Position numbers and translations under genes: made by a program. Below, one piece after another: positions 9,098 to 21,238 of a DNA stretch of 24,646 nt. Position 1 is the first letter of the stretch, and each line of letters starts with the position of its first letter. Under the pieces are notes generated by a model. That model made no database searches and was not told where the DNA came from. It was given only the letters and a program-made list of their open reading frames with translations. The stretch comes from Octopus sinensis. Its lineage: Eukaryota. The DNA is taken from assembly GCF_006345805.1 (NCBI RefSeq), contig NW_021836343.1, positions 1 to 24,646 on the forward strand. Reading direction: 5' to 3'.

Positions 9098-10292
9098 TCT
9101 TCCCTATAGTGTATGTTTGCAGACTGATCGGAATTTTCTGCAAACATAACTCTTTAATTTAAAATATTTTTTGACGATTGAGCAACGAATAGTTTAACAT
9201 CCTGTATAGTTTTTTAACATCCTGTATGACCTTGGCTAAAGCAATGTTAGAATCATTAGGGACGTGACTTATACAGTTTTGCTGCCACGAGATGTATTCT
9301 TCTCGCGTACGTTTTTCGAGGAATAAATCGACATCTTCGAGGGCCCGATCACTGAATGATCGGATCAGGTTGTAGAAATTACAATCCTATTACGACGGTC
9401 TGGAACCACGGATACAACCTTCAGAGTCTGGGGCCGAAAGGTGTTCCCTCAGCTCGGTCCATTGACCTTTTAAAGATCCTCAGCGCATAATCCCCTTTAT
9501 TCATTACATGCTTGGCGTCATTACTGTGCGTAGGTGTATAAACACGTTGTGCGATCTTATTGTAGAACTTGCTTGGCTCTTTCCATTCGCCTGGAGGAAT
9601 GTACGAGTGATTTTATTCTCCAGGGAGTGTATATTTGAACAAAAAAAACTGAACATGCTTTTTCTTATTTTATTTAGGTAGGGTGCATCGTCCTAGGACG
9701 AAAATGTCACCAGGGGACAAGTTTTTATGGTTTTTTTCCGGTGGGCATTAGGTACCCCCTGAGCTTATCCAAATACGTCTGAATTGTGAGATTCAAGCGA
9801 GTTGGTGAACCACATAACGCCGCGTTGCATATCACATAATAATAAAAATTAAATTATTTTACATTTTTTTAGTTTTTTTAATAAATATATATTTATGCCC
9901 ATCTTTATGATTTCAAAAATTCAAAACCAAAAAAAACTGAACAAATTAAATTACTTAAATATATCAAAAAAATTTTTATTTTTTAAAATTCTTCAAATTC
10001 GATCATTTGTAATCTCTCTACATAGCCAATCATTGAACATCTGAAGAAAAAAGCAGAATAATTGGCATGTATAAATCTGGAAAAAACATACTGAGAAATA
10101 CAAGATATCACGAAATAGTATGCTTGGCACAATATTGCAAATTATCAAAAGCTATTTAAACACGTGCTTGAAGGATAAAAAAGTCGGGTGTGGTTGACCA
10201 TTCGTTGCTCAATCGTCAAAAAATATTTTAAATTAAAGAGTTATGTTTGGAGAAAATGCCGATCAGTCTGCAAACATACACTATAGGGAAGA
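9098..10292. mobile_element. Unclassified ~1.2 kb element with 93-bp terminal inverted repeats
   Basis: 9098-9190 is the reverse complement of 10200-10292 with 2 mismatches. TTAA abuts the right end and lies 5 nt outside the left end. Confidence 0.75.
9203..10078 (-). repeat. Interior of the TIR element; inverted copy of 12875-13843
   Basis: Direct reverse-complement comparison; this copy lacks a ~46-nt block (near 13615-13660) and a ~50-nt AT-rich block. Confidence 0.9.
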
Positions 10293-10296
10293 TTAA

Positions 10297-10725
10297 AAAG
10301 ATGTCAATCCTCTGGAAGCAGCTCTCATCAAAATTAAAGGGCGATAATTCAATAATTTAGTTTCTCTCAATAATAAATATCAGAACTAATCTTCCCTAAT
10401 AGAATATCAACTGAGGAGGGTTTGTCATTTCTTCTAGTGGGTGTTCTGGTGTGAGAAGCCGGGTCGTTGAGGATGCACAGATTGTGAAGGTCCTCAATAA
10501 ACGTTTCACTCCTCTTGTCCCGAACCTGATCCTTCGACATAACGGGTCCTTTACGTTGAAGTCTCCACAGATAATCACATCTTTTAATGTGGAAAGTGGG
10601 AATCTGTGAGTACAAGTGGAACATGAGGAAGATATAAGTTGACTAATGTTATCGAACGTCTCGGAAGACGAATTTTTATTGTCACAGGTTCAAAGTTTTC
10701 GCAATCCTGCAGCAAAGTGTATACT
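10297..10725 (-). mobile_element. LINE APE endonuclease fragment
   Basis: Frames join to ITLVNLYLP...IICGDFNVKDP...LCILND...TRTP...SSVDI...YRPLIL. Confidence 0.75.
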
Positions 10726-10749
10726 TTAACAGTAAAATCCGAATGATAG

Positions 10750-12023
10750 CCAGGGTGCCTCATAGATGACTTTTTTATTACATCTTTCAATATCAGAGAA
10801 ATTGCCTCAAACATCAAACGGAAAATTCTATGTAGAGATTTGGAAAGATGCAAAACCAGTTTAGCATGGAATGAAGTGCCAATTACCGGTTAATACTATT
10901 ACCGTCTTACTCTCGTCATTATGGACTCGGATTTGCTATACACATCTCACTTGTAGGTCGGTTATTTAAAGTATTGAGGGTAACAGATCAAATTTCCATT
11001 ATTTAAATTAATATCGGATCATGTAATAAGAAATCAATTATGATTGTCATAATTTATGACAAAGCTTGTTTCAGAATTTGGTCTACCTCCAGATGTTGTT
11101 GTCACAAGATGGGGCAGCTGGCTTAATGCTGCAACATATTATTCAAAACATTTGAACAAAATCCGAAGGATTGTTTCCTCGTTATCGAATAATGGAAAAA
11201 TTGTTTTGAATGCAAAGAAGGCGATAGATTCTGATTCACTGGAGCGGAACCTAGCAAACATATCATTTTACAACTGTCTAAGCAAAGGAATAAAGAAATG
11301 TGAAGATACTTTTTATACTGTTAGAGATGCTATTCAATGTATTAATTCTATCGACTTTGGGGAAGATCCATGTGAGATTGCACAATATTTTAAAAAAGAA
11401 CAAATTCAATGCAATGGAATAGCATTCAAGAAGCTAATTTGAGAGATTTCCCTCCTGAATTATTCGTGTATTTATGGAAATGTCTGGGAACCACATTATC
11501 TGTCGAAAGAAGTTTCTCGATGCTAAATAAACTTTTAGCGAAAGGCAGAAACTTCAAGGATGAAAATATTAAACCTTATTTAATGTGTTATTTTAATAAA
11601 TTTAAATTCTAAATGATTTAAATTCTAAATTTAAATTCTAATGTATAAGTTCCAGTAGAACTGACGTAAAGTGAATGATTTATTAGCCATGTTTTTCTGG
11701 GAAGTACGTGGTTGTGGATAAAATCCCAGCCTCTTGGAAAATTTTATTTAAAATTTTGAATTTTTGACTATTTTAATTTAGATAACTAAAAGTCCAGGAA
11801 ATTTAAAAATAAGGCTTGTTACTAAAAATCTGATTATTTATAAATTTTAGTTCCGATTTTTAGTTCCCGCCTCCGAAAAAGGGCCAAAAGATTGCTCAAT
11901 TTATCTGGCCATAACGTCATATTTTCTAACCAATAAGGTCATATTTTCTAATTATAAGGTCACAAAAGTCATATTTTAAGGTCATATTTGAATCATTTTA
12001 AGGTCATATTTGTGGTTGATCTA
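10750..12023 (+). mobile_element. Degenerate hAT-family transposon, 3' part with probable right end
   Basis: PPDVVVTRWGSWLNAATYY and SVERSFSMLNKLL motifs (11056-11612); repeated subterminal motif followed by ...GATCTA at 12023. Confidence 0.75.
11914..12012 (+). repeat. Subterminal (AAG)GTCATATTT repeats, about six copies
   Basis: Read directly from the sequence; typical clustered transposase-binding repeats. Confidence 0.7.
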
Positions 12024-12239
12024 GTCATAAACATGCATGCGCCCCACACGGGAAAATTACTTGTATGGATTAGCTTGATGAATTCTATACGATTTTTTCG
12101 GAAGTATACTCTATTTTCTTGTCCGTAATAATTTGGTGTTGCGGGGAAATGGAATTCAATGGCAGGAATTTTTTTGTAAATAAGTAAATTAAAGAATAAA
12201 ATAGTTATTAATTAACTAAATTCCCGGCTTCGTAAATGG

Positions 12240-12874
12240 AAACACAGCCACTTGGACTCGCGTGGGTCTCCCCGTTTATGGGAAATCATGCGGCCAAGCT
12301 TTTTCAAAAAGGAAAGGGACTTTTCGCCGATGACGCCGGAAGTCTCGACGGCGATAAAAGTGAACAGATATCGTTCAGAGAGCTCCTTGTACTTTCCGAT
12401 CTTCATCTTCTCGGTTTTGCGAGAAACTGAGCCAGCCTCGACAGCTGAAGAAGGAAGATTAAGTTCCGAGAAAGTGTCTGAACACATCGCATCCCTATCA
12501 GAGACTTGCCGAACTCAACGGGAAAGTCGATAGCCGTCGGGTCTTTTTTCCGTCTCCCCTTTGCAAGCCCAATGGGTTCAAGGATTGATGGAATTCCAGC
12601 GGCTTGTGAGAAGTGCTGCATGGCGTGGTGCGCGCCTGCACTGCGACGACAGGAAAGGGGATGTAGACCAAAACGGTCAATAACAGCACCACAACGACAT
12701 TTATGTATTTCGCAGATTTCCAATCCAAGACGCAATGATAATCCAATTCGTAGACAATCTTTGTCTAATAGGTTACCGGTGGAAGGGACAGGGAAAGCAT
12801 CCAGCCAGGCCCCGCTCCCTGTGCAGCAGCCTGCGCGGAGACATGCAAGTCTGTGCTGATCGAAATTTTTGCGT
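12240..12874 (-). mobile_element. CRE-clade-like non-LTR retrotransposon fragment (C-terminal Zn finger and restriction-like endonuclease)
   Basis: SGAWLDAFP, RLGLEIC..HKCRCG...HPLSC, AGIPSILEP, KY..L...AVETSG, GDPRE. Confidence 0.8.
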
Positions 12875-13843
12875 AGATTACATGCCAATTATTCTGCCTT
12901 TTTCTTAAGATGTTCAATGATTGGCTATGTAGAGAAGTTACAATGATCGAATTGAAGAATTTTAAAAAATAAAACCTTTTTGATATATTTAAGTGATTTT
13001 ATTTTGTTCAGTTTTTTTTGGTTTTGAATTTTCGAAATCATAAAAAAGGGCATAAATATATAATTATTAAAAAAACTAAAAAAATGTAAAATACTTTAAT
13101 TTATGTTAAGAATAAATTTGAGACATATTTGCAATATTGTAAATTTATAATCTTATTATTGTGTGATATGCAACGCGGCGTTATGTGGTCACCAACTCGC
13201 TTGAATCTCACAATTCAGACGTATTTGGAAAAGCTCAGGGGGTACCTAATGCCCACCGGAAAAAAATCCATAAAAACTTGTCCCCCTGGTGACATTTTCG
13301 TCCCAGGACGATGTACCCTACCTAAATAAAATAAGAAAAAGCATGTTCAGTTTTTTTTGTTCAAATATACACTCCCTGGAGAAGAAAATTACTCCTACAT
13401 CCCTCGAGACGAATGGAAAGAGCCAAGCAAGTTGTACAATGAGATCGCACAACGTGTTTATACACCGACGCACAGTAATGACGCCAAGCATGTAATGAAT
13501 AAAGGGGATTATGCGCTGAGGATCTTTAAAAGGTCAATGGACCGAGCTGAGGGAACACCTTTCGGCGCCAGACTCTGAAGGCTGTATCCGTGGTTCCAGA
13601 TCGTCGTAATAGGAAAAAGGCTCACTTATCTGTACCCCGTCCAAACGATCGGAGAAAAGGATTGTAATTTCTACAACCTGATCCGATCATTCAGTGATCG
13701 GGCCCTCGAAGATGTCGATTTATTCCTCGAAAAACGTACGCGAGAAGAATACATCTCGTGGCAGCAAAACTGTATAAGTCACGTCCCTAATGATTCTAAC
13801 ATTGATTTAGCCAAGGTCATACAGGATGTTAAAAAACTATACA
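12875..13843 (+). repeat. Longer copy of the TIR-element interior, without TIRs, carrying an orphan coding-like frame
   Basis: Reverse complement of 9203-10078. Frame from 13357 stays open past a single TGA (13576-13578) to ~13911. Confidence 0.85.
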
Positions 13844-13870
13844 AGAATTATTCACGAGTTAGCGTGCGTC

Positions 13871-15584
13871 ATGTGGTTCACCGTTTCTGGTGGCGTCAGA
13901 TACAATCTTAATTTGTATCCAAAAATAACCATTAGTCAAAATCCATCCAGCGGACCTCCCCCTGGACAGCACTCCCTCCAAGTTAGTGCACTTTCCTGGT
14001 GGCGACTCATCATTTCCGGAGATGTTGAGCAAAATCCTGGACCTAGAAAGAACCTCAATATACTGAGCCTGAATATCAACGGAGTTAGAGGCAAGGCCAA
14101 AGAACTAAAACTTTATCTGGAGAGGAAAGATATTGACGTCTGTCTTTTACAAGAAACGAAGCTTTCGAAAAACTGGCAAAACTCCCAATTTCACCTGGCT
14201 TCAAAGTGCTAAGAGTGTATCGCCCATCGAGGCACGGCGGAGGCTTATTGACCCTTGTCAGGAAGGAAATCATCTTCTAACAAAAACCACTCCAAATTCA
14301 AGAAACTGGATAAAGAATGTAATACAGAATTTCTCGCCATCTCCTTTAAACTTCTCTTGGACAAATTATTATTGGAAACATCTATATTCCGCCTCCCGGC
14401 TCCTGTGCCAAAGAATTTACAGTGGATTTGTCTGAACTTGACAAGGTGGAAAGTCTGCTGGTCTCTGGCGATTTTAATGCCAAACACCCCTCATGGTATT
14501 GGAAGCAACCTCCAGATAAGAGGGGGAACCTAATAATTTCTCACCTGGAAAATCTGTGTGTTGCAAACGACCCAAGAATGAACACTCGAACCCCTTATAA
14601 CGAGAAAAATTCACTCACTTCACCCGATATTACTATTTGCTCACCACGACTGGCACCTCTTGTTCATTGGTCCGTTAATTTTGACTTGGGGAGCGATCAC
14701 AACCCTATTCTTATCAAAATCAATTGCACCCCAGAGACCCGGTCAAAGCATGCAATATTTCACGATCACGCTAATGCCGACTGGACAGGATATAGCAAAT
14801 ATGTTGATTCATCCCTATGGAACTTTCATCCTCAGAATTTCAACTCCCTCGACACGGCAGTCAACTACTTTAACAAAGTTATTCTAAAGGGGAGAGATCT
14901 ATTTGTAAAGAAAGGAGTCCTGAAACTCACGAAAAGAAATACGGACGCTAAAAAAGTCAAACTAATAAAAGAAAGAAATCGCCTCAAACACAGTACACAT
15001 CTGACGAAACTTACAACGAGAAGGATTCGGGAATTGAACATGGAGAATTCTAGAAGAATGGTGATGACTTTGATTTGCCCCCTCCTCCCAGAAGTCAGTT
15101 TTCCAACATGGATTCAAAGAGGGGCGATCAACTGTCACACACCTAAATGCTTTAATGAAGTTTATATCAGACGGTCTAAACAAAAACCTAAACAGGAAAA
15201 ATCCATTGTCTGTTCGATCGACATAAAGAAGGCTTTCGATTCGGTGCCAAGGAAAATACTCACACAAAAGATCTATTCCCCAAATATTGATACGAATCTA
15301 AAACTATGGTTTGGGAATTTCCTGAGCGGACGTCGGGGAAGGGCTTGCTGTGGAAACAGATCTTCCATATCGAGACTATTACCAAATGGGGTGCCTCAGG
15401 GTACTCCACTATCTCCACTTTTATTCAATCTCATGATGAACGACATACCACAGCCAGAAGGGGACAACAATCTGTTATTATTATATGCGGACGATATTAT
15501 CGTCGCATCAAGGGATGTGAGCATAATAAAAGCAACGGATATAATACAGGATAACCTCAACAATCTGATTTCATGGCTATATAA
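13871..15584 (+). mobile_element. Ingi/Vingi-like single-ORF LINE: short leader, 2A, APE, internally deleted RT, 3'-truncated
   Basis: LNILSLNING, LLQETKL, VSGDFNA, LGSDH; then QHGFKEGRST (alternate frame), IDIKKAFD, GVPQG, YADD. The RPISL region is missing near 15045-15085. Confidence 0.82.
13960..14044 (+). other. 2A-like StopGo peptide upstream of the APE domain
   Basis: WWRLIISGDVEQNPGP matches the D(V/I)ExNPGP consensus; GDVEQNPGP is at 14018-14044. Confidence 0.85.
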
Positions 15585-15886
15585 CAGGGGTCGGCAGGAT
15601 TTTTTGTCTTCGCGGGCCAAAATTTTATTTTTGTATGCGATCCGGGCAAACGAGAAAAAATCCTTATCGATCTCAAAAATAAGGCAACGCTTGCACATTG
15701 CGATCTTTCTTTATCAAGTTTTTTTTGCAACTTTCTTACGAAATAAAAATTTATCAGTTAAAAATGATTATAAAGAAGTGAATTTATTTTTCATTAATCT
15801 GACTAGTTGCTAAACGTAATATATCGTTAAGATGTGAATTGGTAATCCTCGTTCTCAGACAATTTTTTACATTATTCATTTTAGAG
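15585..15886 (+). mobile_element. Probable left end of a second hAT (Buster-like) element truncating the LINE RT
   Basis: Starts CAGGGGTCGGC after the 8-mer CTATATAA (nnnTAnnn); matching right end not found. Confidence 0.5.
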
Positions 15887-17217
15887 CAGGGGTGCGCAAG
15901 TGCGGCCGCATGCGGCCGAGAGTCGATGAATGTGCGGCCGTGGGCACAATTAGGTCATCGAGCAACTAATCTTAAATATAATGCTCATAGTGTTAATTAA
16001 TCAAGAAAAACCCTAAATAATAATTAAAAATATTCATATTGAATAAAATTCTATTTTTATATAATGGTTAGCCTTTATTAAAAGTAATTATCATAAACGG
16101 CTTAATTTATTTATGTCATTACCTGTTAAAAGACGACGTGCTTTGAATGTAGAAAAAAGAAAATTTAATATCAACTTGGAAAGTGAATACTTCGTAGTCG
16201 AAACAGACAACAATAGCATGCAATGCTTATTGTGCCATGAGATTGTGAAAACTATAAAACGGGACAATGCTAAACAACATTTTCAAAGACATCTAGACCA
16301 CCTAGTTGTCAAGTCCATATATCAATAATTTGAATATATCTTTGCAAGGTAAGGACCAAACAATTTGTCGAATGTATAAAAAAATTAACGATTTTATGGA
16401 TACATGCCGCCTACTGAAGATTCACATAGAAAAAAATGAATTATTTCATTTTCAAAAAGTCAAAAATCTCATTGATGACAAAATAATTAATTATGACGAT
16501 CTTACACCAAATACATTTAATACTATATTCGATTATATTTTAAAACAATTTGAAGAGCGATTTAACGAATTAAAAAAAATTGAACTCAAACTTCAATTAA
16601 CTGCAGCACCACCACACTGTTTCGATTGAGAATGCGCCATTGGAATTTCAAATTGAATTATTGAAATTAAAAAATGATTTAATTTTGCAATGATTTAATC
16701 AGCGACAGATTATCCAAATTTACGTGAAATGGCAAGAAATATTCTCGTTTTATTCGGATGCACATATTTATGTGAGTCTACATTTTCCAAAATGAAATAT
16801 TTAAAAAGTCAATATAGATATCGGATAACGGATGCAAACTTAGAGTCATGTTTGCGCATAATGATATCTACCCTACCAGTGGATTTCAATAAGTTCGCAA
16901 AAAATACCAAAGATCCTGGCCGTCATTAGAATAACTTGTATAATACATTTCTTTTAATTAATTTTCCTTCTTTCTTATCTTTTGTCTATGAAATAATTAT
17001 TTATTTTAATAATATGATGTCCCTGATGAACGAGAGCATTTCCTGTCCAAGAACTCATTCGGTCTCGATGACAATGGGCAACTTATGCGGTCATTTTTAA
17101 TAATTAAAAAAATTACTATATTAATATCGAAAAAATAATGCAGAAAATGGCGGCCGTGGAAGAGAAGGAAAAAAACATGCTATGCGGCCGCAAACCCAAA
17201 AAGCTTGCGCACCCCTG
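15887..17217 (+). mobile_element. Internally deleted hAT (Buster/SPIN-type) transposon with TIRs and TSD
   Basis: TIRs CAGGGGTGCGCAAG / CTTGCGCACCCCTG; 8-bp TSD TTTTAGAG on both sides. BED-like CLLC...H start (16113), then NLNISLQG and FGCTYLCESTFS dimerisation motif; catalytic middle missing. Confidence 0.93.
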
Positions 17218-17412
17218 TTTTAGAGAATAACTGTTCACATAAAAATGTGCTTCCAAATATACAAGCCATTTTCATAGCATTGTCGGTTAATTGTGGATAT
17301 TTTCTGACACATACAAAATTTTTGTAGAAGCTCAAAATATCCATTTCAGAAAAATATTTTGATTTAAGTGTACTGTCGCATTGAATTTCAAGTAATTCCC
17401 TTTGATAACACC

Positions 17413-18266
17413 CTAGAGGAATTCACATAGGCTACAAGAACATAAACCTGAGCTCCGGAGAGCAAGGTACGGCTTGTAGAAGAGGCTAGTTCCAGTGCCA
17501 CATGTTGACGCCTGTTTCCAGGGTATGTGACAGCAGTTGTAGCCATCAACTACGTACCGATCCTGCTTTAACTTTGTTTCGTTGACCACCAGGATGTCCG
17601 CACTAGTGGTGGCCAACATCCTCCGAATCGCGTCTCCTTTGCCTGACAAGGAGCGCGCGTTCACCGATATGATGTTGAGCATCATATCGGCTCCTCGCCA
17701 AGGATCTTCTTGGCCTCGACATAGTTGCGGCGTAGCATATCCGCTACACTGCACTTCATCTCCCTACAAAGTGTTATCAGGCGTATACATAACTCCACCG
17801 CAGGACTTACACTGTCCTGCGGCACACGCTCGCAAGGGGGTGAGTGCAATGGCATCTCCACGTATGGAGGAAGCCTTTTCGCCCCCAGGTTTTGCTGGGC
17901 GGTGTCACCTGTAGCCGACTCGGAGGGCATCGCAGGCTTCGGCATCCGAGCTGACTCGGATGCTTTCACCCGCTTTGTCGGCGACGGCGGTACCGACCCG
18001 CTAGCAATGTGGCTCGCAGGCTTCGCCACCCAAGCGGACTTGGGAGGTTTGGCCTGCTTTGCCTGTTTGCCAGGTTGTGGAGCGGGGGCCGCGACGCTGG
18101 GGGTGCGGTGGCTTGCAGGCATCACAGGCTTCGCCACGCAAGCGGACTTGGGAGGTTTGGCCTGCTTTGCTTGTTTGCCAGGTTTTGGCGCTGGGGCCGC
18201 GACGCAAGGGGTGCGGTGGCTTGCAGGCTTCACAGGCCTCGCCACCCAAGCGGACTTGGGAGGTTT
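17413..18266 (-). mobile_element. Diverged fragment of the LINE-A family (ORF1 C-terminus plus APE N-terminus)
   Basis: Homologous to ~1690-2390: ...[10 protein letters not shown] overlapping [13 protein letters not shown]. Confidence 0.92.
18021..18266 (-). repeat. 108-bp (36-aa) tandem repeat in ORF1, ~2.3 copies
   Basis: CGCCACCCAAGCGG recurs at 18024, 18132 and 18240; unit [36 protein letters not shown]. Confidence 0.9.
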
Positions 18267-18383
18267 CTTCAAAACAGAAGAAAAAATGTAAGCTATACGG
18301 TCCATCGTGCGACTTTTGTTCTCCTCAATGTACGCAATAATGCGACGTTTTTCATTACACGACAATCTTGTGAACTTACGCAT
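18267..18383 (-). pseudogene. pogo/Tigger/CENP-B-like N-terminal HTH fragment
   Basis: RKFTRLSCNEKRRIIAYIEENKSRTMDRIAYIFS fits the R..L....K..II.Y......S...IA..F pattern. Confidence 0.55.
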
Positions 18384-19112
18384 GATGAATTTAGCGTGGT
18401 TGAAATATTTTATATAAAAAATAGTTTAACCAAAAAAAATTTTTTTAAATTAATGGCGAGATTTAGAAAATGACGAGCAATTATTATTAGAACCAAGATC
18501 ACCGTCCAAAGCATAAAACTAATTAATCAGGTGATCCCGGGTTCTCTGAGGAGGGTCCTCAACCTTGCCCGGTGCTCCTCCCTTGTCCCGGCACAATTTC
18601 TGTGAGGGCGCGGTGGTGGTGTTTTAGGCCCTGTAACCCCGAGGTTTCTTCTCAATATTTCATTAAATGGGGCGATGAGTAGTTGTTCGTTCGGTCCTTG
18701 TAGTGCTTGGCTGTTTTTCAAAAAACATTGTTTGATGAAATCACAATATGATTTTCCATTCATTGCAAGCATTCTGCTGATTTCATAGCTTGCAGTAACT
18801 GGGCCGCATGTTTGACACCCCTTTATTCTCAGAAAGTAGATAAAATTTGTTGTATCGCAAGATGAAATTTGAGTTTTCCAAAAGATGAAGCTTGTACGGC
18901 TTTAGAATCATTTGCTGGTTTAAAGAAATTTGTTTGTATTGTTCTAGCTGACTTTACTGATTCCAGTTTCCTTATCCTGGAATCTCCTTACTAGCAATCA
19001 TATACTTTACTGTGAGTTTTGTAGTGTTTCTCAACATTAAATGATTGCATAACATTTATCACCCTGTGACATAAATAACAATGTGCCTTGCTGTCTTTTC
19101 GATTATAAAATA

Positions 19113-19185
19113 CTAGCTCAGCAGTTCGCTTCGCTCACTGCGAGCTAGCTCCTGCGGAGGCCCTGCTCGCTACGCTCGCAGTTTC
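19113..19185 (-). terminator. Helitron 3' end: two tandem hairpin + CTAG signals
   Basis: CTGCGAGCGTAGCGAGCAG...CTAG (19144-19147), then GCAGTGAGCGAAGCGAACTGC...CTAG (19113-19116). Confidence 0.75.
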
Positions 19186-19239
19186 CTTAAATAACTATAA
19201 TTTATGTAGATATATAATGCGACCTGCTTTGATATAACC

Positions 19240-21080
19240 TTATTCTAAGGCCTGTGGATAAACGATGTTTGCAGTCCGTCCATCCTTGGCAAATATAAAT
19301 AAATTTTCTCTTCTACCTACCCTTGAGCACCCCACATACAGCTGGCCATGTGAAAAGCACTCGTTCTCTAAAAATAAGCCTACTACCTTTAAAGACTGTC
19401 CCTGGGCCTTGTTTATTGTCATAGCAAAACTTATCTTCAGCGGAAATTGTAGTCTCTTAAATCTAAAAGGTAATTCTTCCGAAATCAGAGGTATTCGTGG
19501 GATATAAACATCCTCACCTCTGTAATTACCTGTTAATATTGTCGCTTCTATTACGTTAGCCATCAAATTCTTGATAACCAACCTTGTACCATTGCATAAT
19601 TTAGGTGGCGCTAGATTGCGGAGTAACACAACCGGTACACCTATTTTTAATTTCAATAGATGATTCGGCATTCCAGATGGATCTAAGGAATTTAAAAATT
19701 CTACAGGATATTCGCAGGCCCTTTCATGGTCCATAATAACGTCGACCGATTTATATATTCTTTCTCTGCCAGGGATTTTCATTAATAAATCTAAATTTAT
19801 ATTAAGTACCTCATCATTAAGTGGAGCTAATATAGCTCGTTCACGCAGCCAGTCGAAATTCACGTAGTGTTCAGATAGTTCGGAATAGACGGCATTCAAT
19901 AATTCTTCTGCTGTTTCTACGAAAATACATAATTCTTCCGGTAGCCTAATTTTCTGGTCTTGCATTTCTGAAGTGATTGCCCCATTTCCAATATCTAGAA
20001 GGATTTGTGGGAATATGCTATTAACGCCTTGTAAATGTGCACGTACATTTACATCTAAGCTTACCTTTTTCACGTGTGTCCACAAATATGACGATTTGAG
20101 GCAGGCATTCAATTCATCCGCAGGCGTCCCTCTTTGAATAATTGGCAGCGTCTGTCTAAAATCACCTGCAATACAACTATTGCTCCCCCCCCCAATAAAT
20201 GGTCGCTACAATTCTTGATATCTCTATATGTTCGATCAACTGCTTCGAATGCGCCTTTATGAGCCATCGTACATTCATCCCAAACAATTAACCTAGAATG
20301 CATAATTCTATTACCCGTAGTTGAATTTTTTTTTACATTACAAACCGGTTCAGTAGTATATGAGAGATTCAACGGAATGTTGATGTCGAATGTGCGGTTC
20401 GACCGCCATCTAAAGAGTTGCAGCAATTCCAGAAGATGCAACTGCTAAAGCTAGTTTATTTTCGCTTCTGACCTTAGCTAATAATAGATTTAGAAGATAG
20501 GTCTTACCTGTTCCACCCGGTGCATCAATAAAAATGATAGAACCGTTTTTTCTTGGATGACTCGATTAATTTCTCTGTATACCTCCAACTGGCCAGTGGT
20601 TAAGCTTTGTTCTCTTTCTTCCACTATTGTTCGAAGTTCTTCTAAATTATATGCTCATCAAATGAATTAATATTATGAATATCGCTGATTATAAAACCAA
20701 ATTCACCTACACTCTTACCAACGATAGATATTAGCAATCTATCTATCATGATTAATCCAATGTTGAAAATCTCTGCATCGAAACTCAATCTATTCTTCTC
20801 TCTTAATATATCTTCACACATGCTTTCTCGGTGACCTTCCCACAGTTGTTGTGGATTTGCTAACCCACAATGGGCTAGCATCAAAGTAAATAAATACCTT
20901 AGTCGCGATGGGAATCTGCAAGTTCAGCTTCTGTTAAAGTCTGATTCCAGTGATTATCATCCTCTAAAAGACCTAATTTAAAACAGGCTTCTCTGTATGT
21001 TTCGCAGAGTACTCCATCTACAGTCCGTAGATCAGTGAAAGATTCTGGCCCTCGTACGGTGTGCAAAAGTAACCTAAAAG
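19240..21080 (-). pseudogene. Helitron PIF1-like helicase, disrupted
   Basis: RLLLHTVRGP, DAPGGTGKT, VWDECTM, GDFRQ, LCNGTRL, FAMTINKAQGQS, HGQLYVGCSRV. Confidence 0.92.
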
Positions 21081-21238
21081 GTCGTCTTCCCTCCTTCGGT
21101 TATCTATTGAAAAAATTATTTTTGAATAATAAAAAAGTTTAGGAAAAGAGGAATACCGAAAATAAATTCAATCTTTACGAAAAACTTAACTAATAGTTAG
21201 TATTTTTACGCAAATTCTTCTGATTGCGCTGTCAATGG

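Larger units (their letters stand above)
19113..21080 (-). mobile_element. 5'-truncated Helitron
   Basis: PIF1 helicase half of RepHel, followed by a hairpin and CTAG|T terminus. Confidence 0.92.

Noticed and set aside
13357-13911. TGA reassigned to Trp (alternative genetic code)
   Set aside because: TGA is the apparent natural stop of LINE ORF1 (2118-2120), LINE-B ORF2 and the CRE fragment; one shared TGA is explained by descent.
13940-13990. HDV-like ribozyme at the 5' end of the Ingi-like LINE
   Set aside because: A TCCAG/CTGGA stem with a C-rich loop exists, but I could not fit the P1/P2/P3 nested pseudoknot.
18527-18772. GC-rich islet with an 81-aa ORF (TREEHRARLRTLL) resembling LTR RT
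   Set aside because: No YxDD or other supporting motif; too short to assign.
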